Shown: one piece after another, positions 63,180-64,000 of the stretch
Position numbering within the stretch: position 1 is the stretch's first letter
How the letters are laid out: the number at the start of each line of letters is the position of its first letter
Assembly (NCBI RefSeq): GCF_036321535.1
Contig: NC_087437.1
Span: 109,122,001-109,186,000, forward strand
Direction: 5' to 3'
From: Camelus dromedarius
Taxonomy: Eukaryota
DNA: 64,000 bases
Notes under the pieces: generated by a model
Told to the model about the DNA's origin: nothing
The model's database searches: none
Seen by the model: the letters and a program-made list of their open reading frames with translations, nothing else
Program-made: the position numbers and the translations under genes

Positions 63180-63298
63180 GGGTACAATTCTTGCAATGGA
63201 GCAGAGCTGAAGTCTAGACCTCGGACACTTTAGAACAGGGCTCTCATGAGTTGAGCTCACCAGCCGCAGGATAAATATATGTATCCTATATAAATATC

Positions 63299-63355
<57 letters not shown>
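63299..63355 (+). repeat. (TATC)n / GATA tetranucleotide microsatellite
   Basis: About 14 perfect units, directly visible. Confidence 0.95.
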
Positions 63356-64000
63356 GTTTTTAATGTGTGTGCATGCACTGTAGTTTGCAAAGAACTGGTA
63401 TAGAAAAGCAAATGCATAGGATGATTAATGAAACTGAATTTTAAGTGGCTTCTCATTATATATTTGCTGATGATAGAAAATTTTCCTTTCTGGAGTAGAG
63501 TGTAAACCTCCAGGCAGGAAAGAACCATGGACTATTATTTTCCTTCTAATCTACATAAATAAGAGACCCTAAACTGTGCTTTCCTAAATTCACCATGCAA
63601 ATGCTCCCGAGATGGAACTGTTATAGACCCAGAATATTTATTTAATAGCAGTTGCTGCAGGGCGTGATTTCTGAGTTCAATGGACCAGAATCCCTTCCCC
63701 CTTCCCACCCCTCCCCCTCAAGTTTTATTTCTCGAGTGTAGCATACCATCTGCCTTAGAAGCACACAAAAGGATTCATTTCAATTATCAGAAATTTCAAA
63801 TCTCTTTCCTGCTTCTTTTAGGGGCTCCTTAGAAAGTTTAAAATACTCCATCTGGACTGGTGATAATAGGTATAAATTTATGCATTATAATCTGGATGTC
63901 TTTTCATTTTGTTCGATGGTAATAACGGTGTAGATCTACTTTTTTTTTTTTTTTTTAATAAAAACATATCTAGCAGACTCTTGCTTTCCTTTTGGTGGAG

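Noticed and set aside
1..64000. CRISPR arrays, operons, prokaryotic or viral systems, NUMTs, processed pseudogenes
   Set aside because: No regularly spaced repeat-spacer array, no gene-dense ORFs, and no mitochondrial or mRNA-like segments were seen. The content is typical eutherian non-coding DNA.

Overview
AT-rich, CpG-depleted mammalian genomic DNA with no recognisable host protein-coding exon, RNA gene or CpG island. It is intergenic or deep intronic. Two copies of a tRNA-derived SINE of the camelid (vic-1-like) type and young artiodactyl-type L1 3' ends suggest a camelid (camel/alpaca/llama); this is inferred from repeat morphology only. Much of the window is interspersed repeats: old and young L1, L2, MIR, MaLR/ERVL/ERV1 solo LTRs, a 1.46-kb Tigger1 with recognisable transposase remnants, and MER5A, MER63 and MER3-type MITEs, plus microsatellites. 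Only two sets of ORFs match known proteins: Tigger1 transposase and the L1 ORF2 C-terminus. Between the repeats are several repeat-free islands with retained CpGs, palindromes and homeodomain/PBX-HOX/MEIS motifs, and one good CTCF-like site, consistent with a distal regulatory landscape. I found no convincing new biological system. The most unusual directly visible features are a TSD-flanked chimeric L1 retrocopy (3190-3426) and a ~97-bp locally duplicated, rearranged L1 segment (10214-10309 copied at 20111-20207). Repeat subfamily names come from recalled consensus similarity, not a search, and boundaries of old repeats are approximate.
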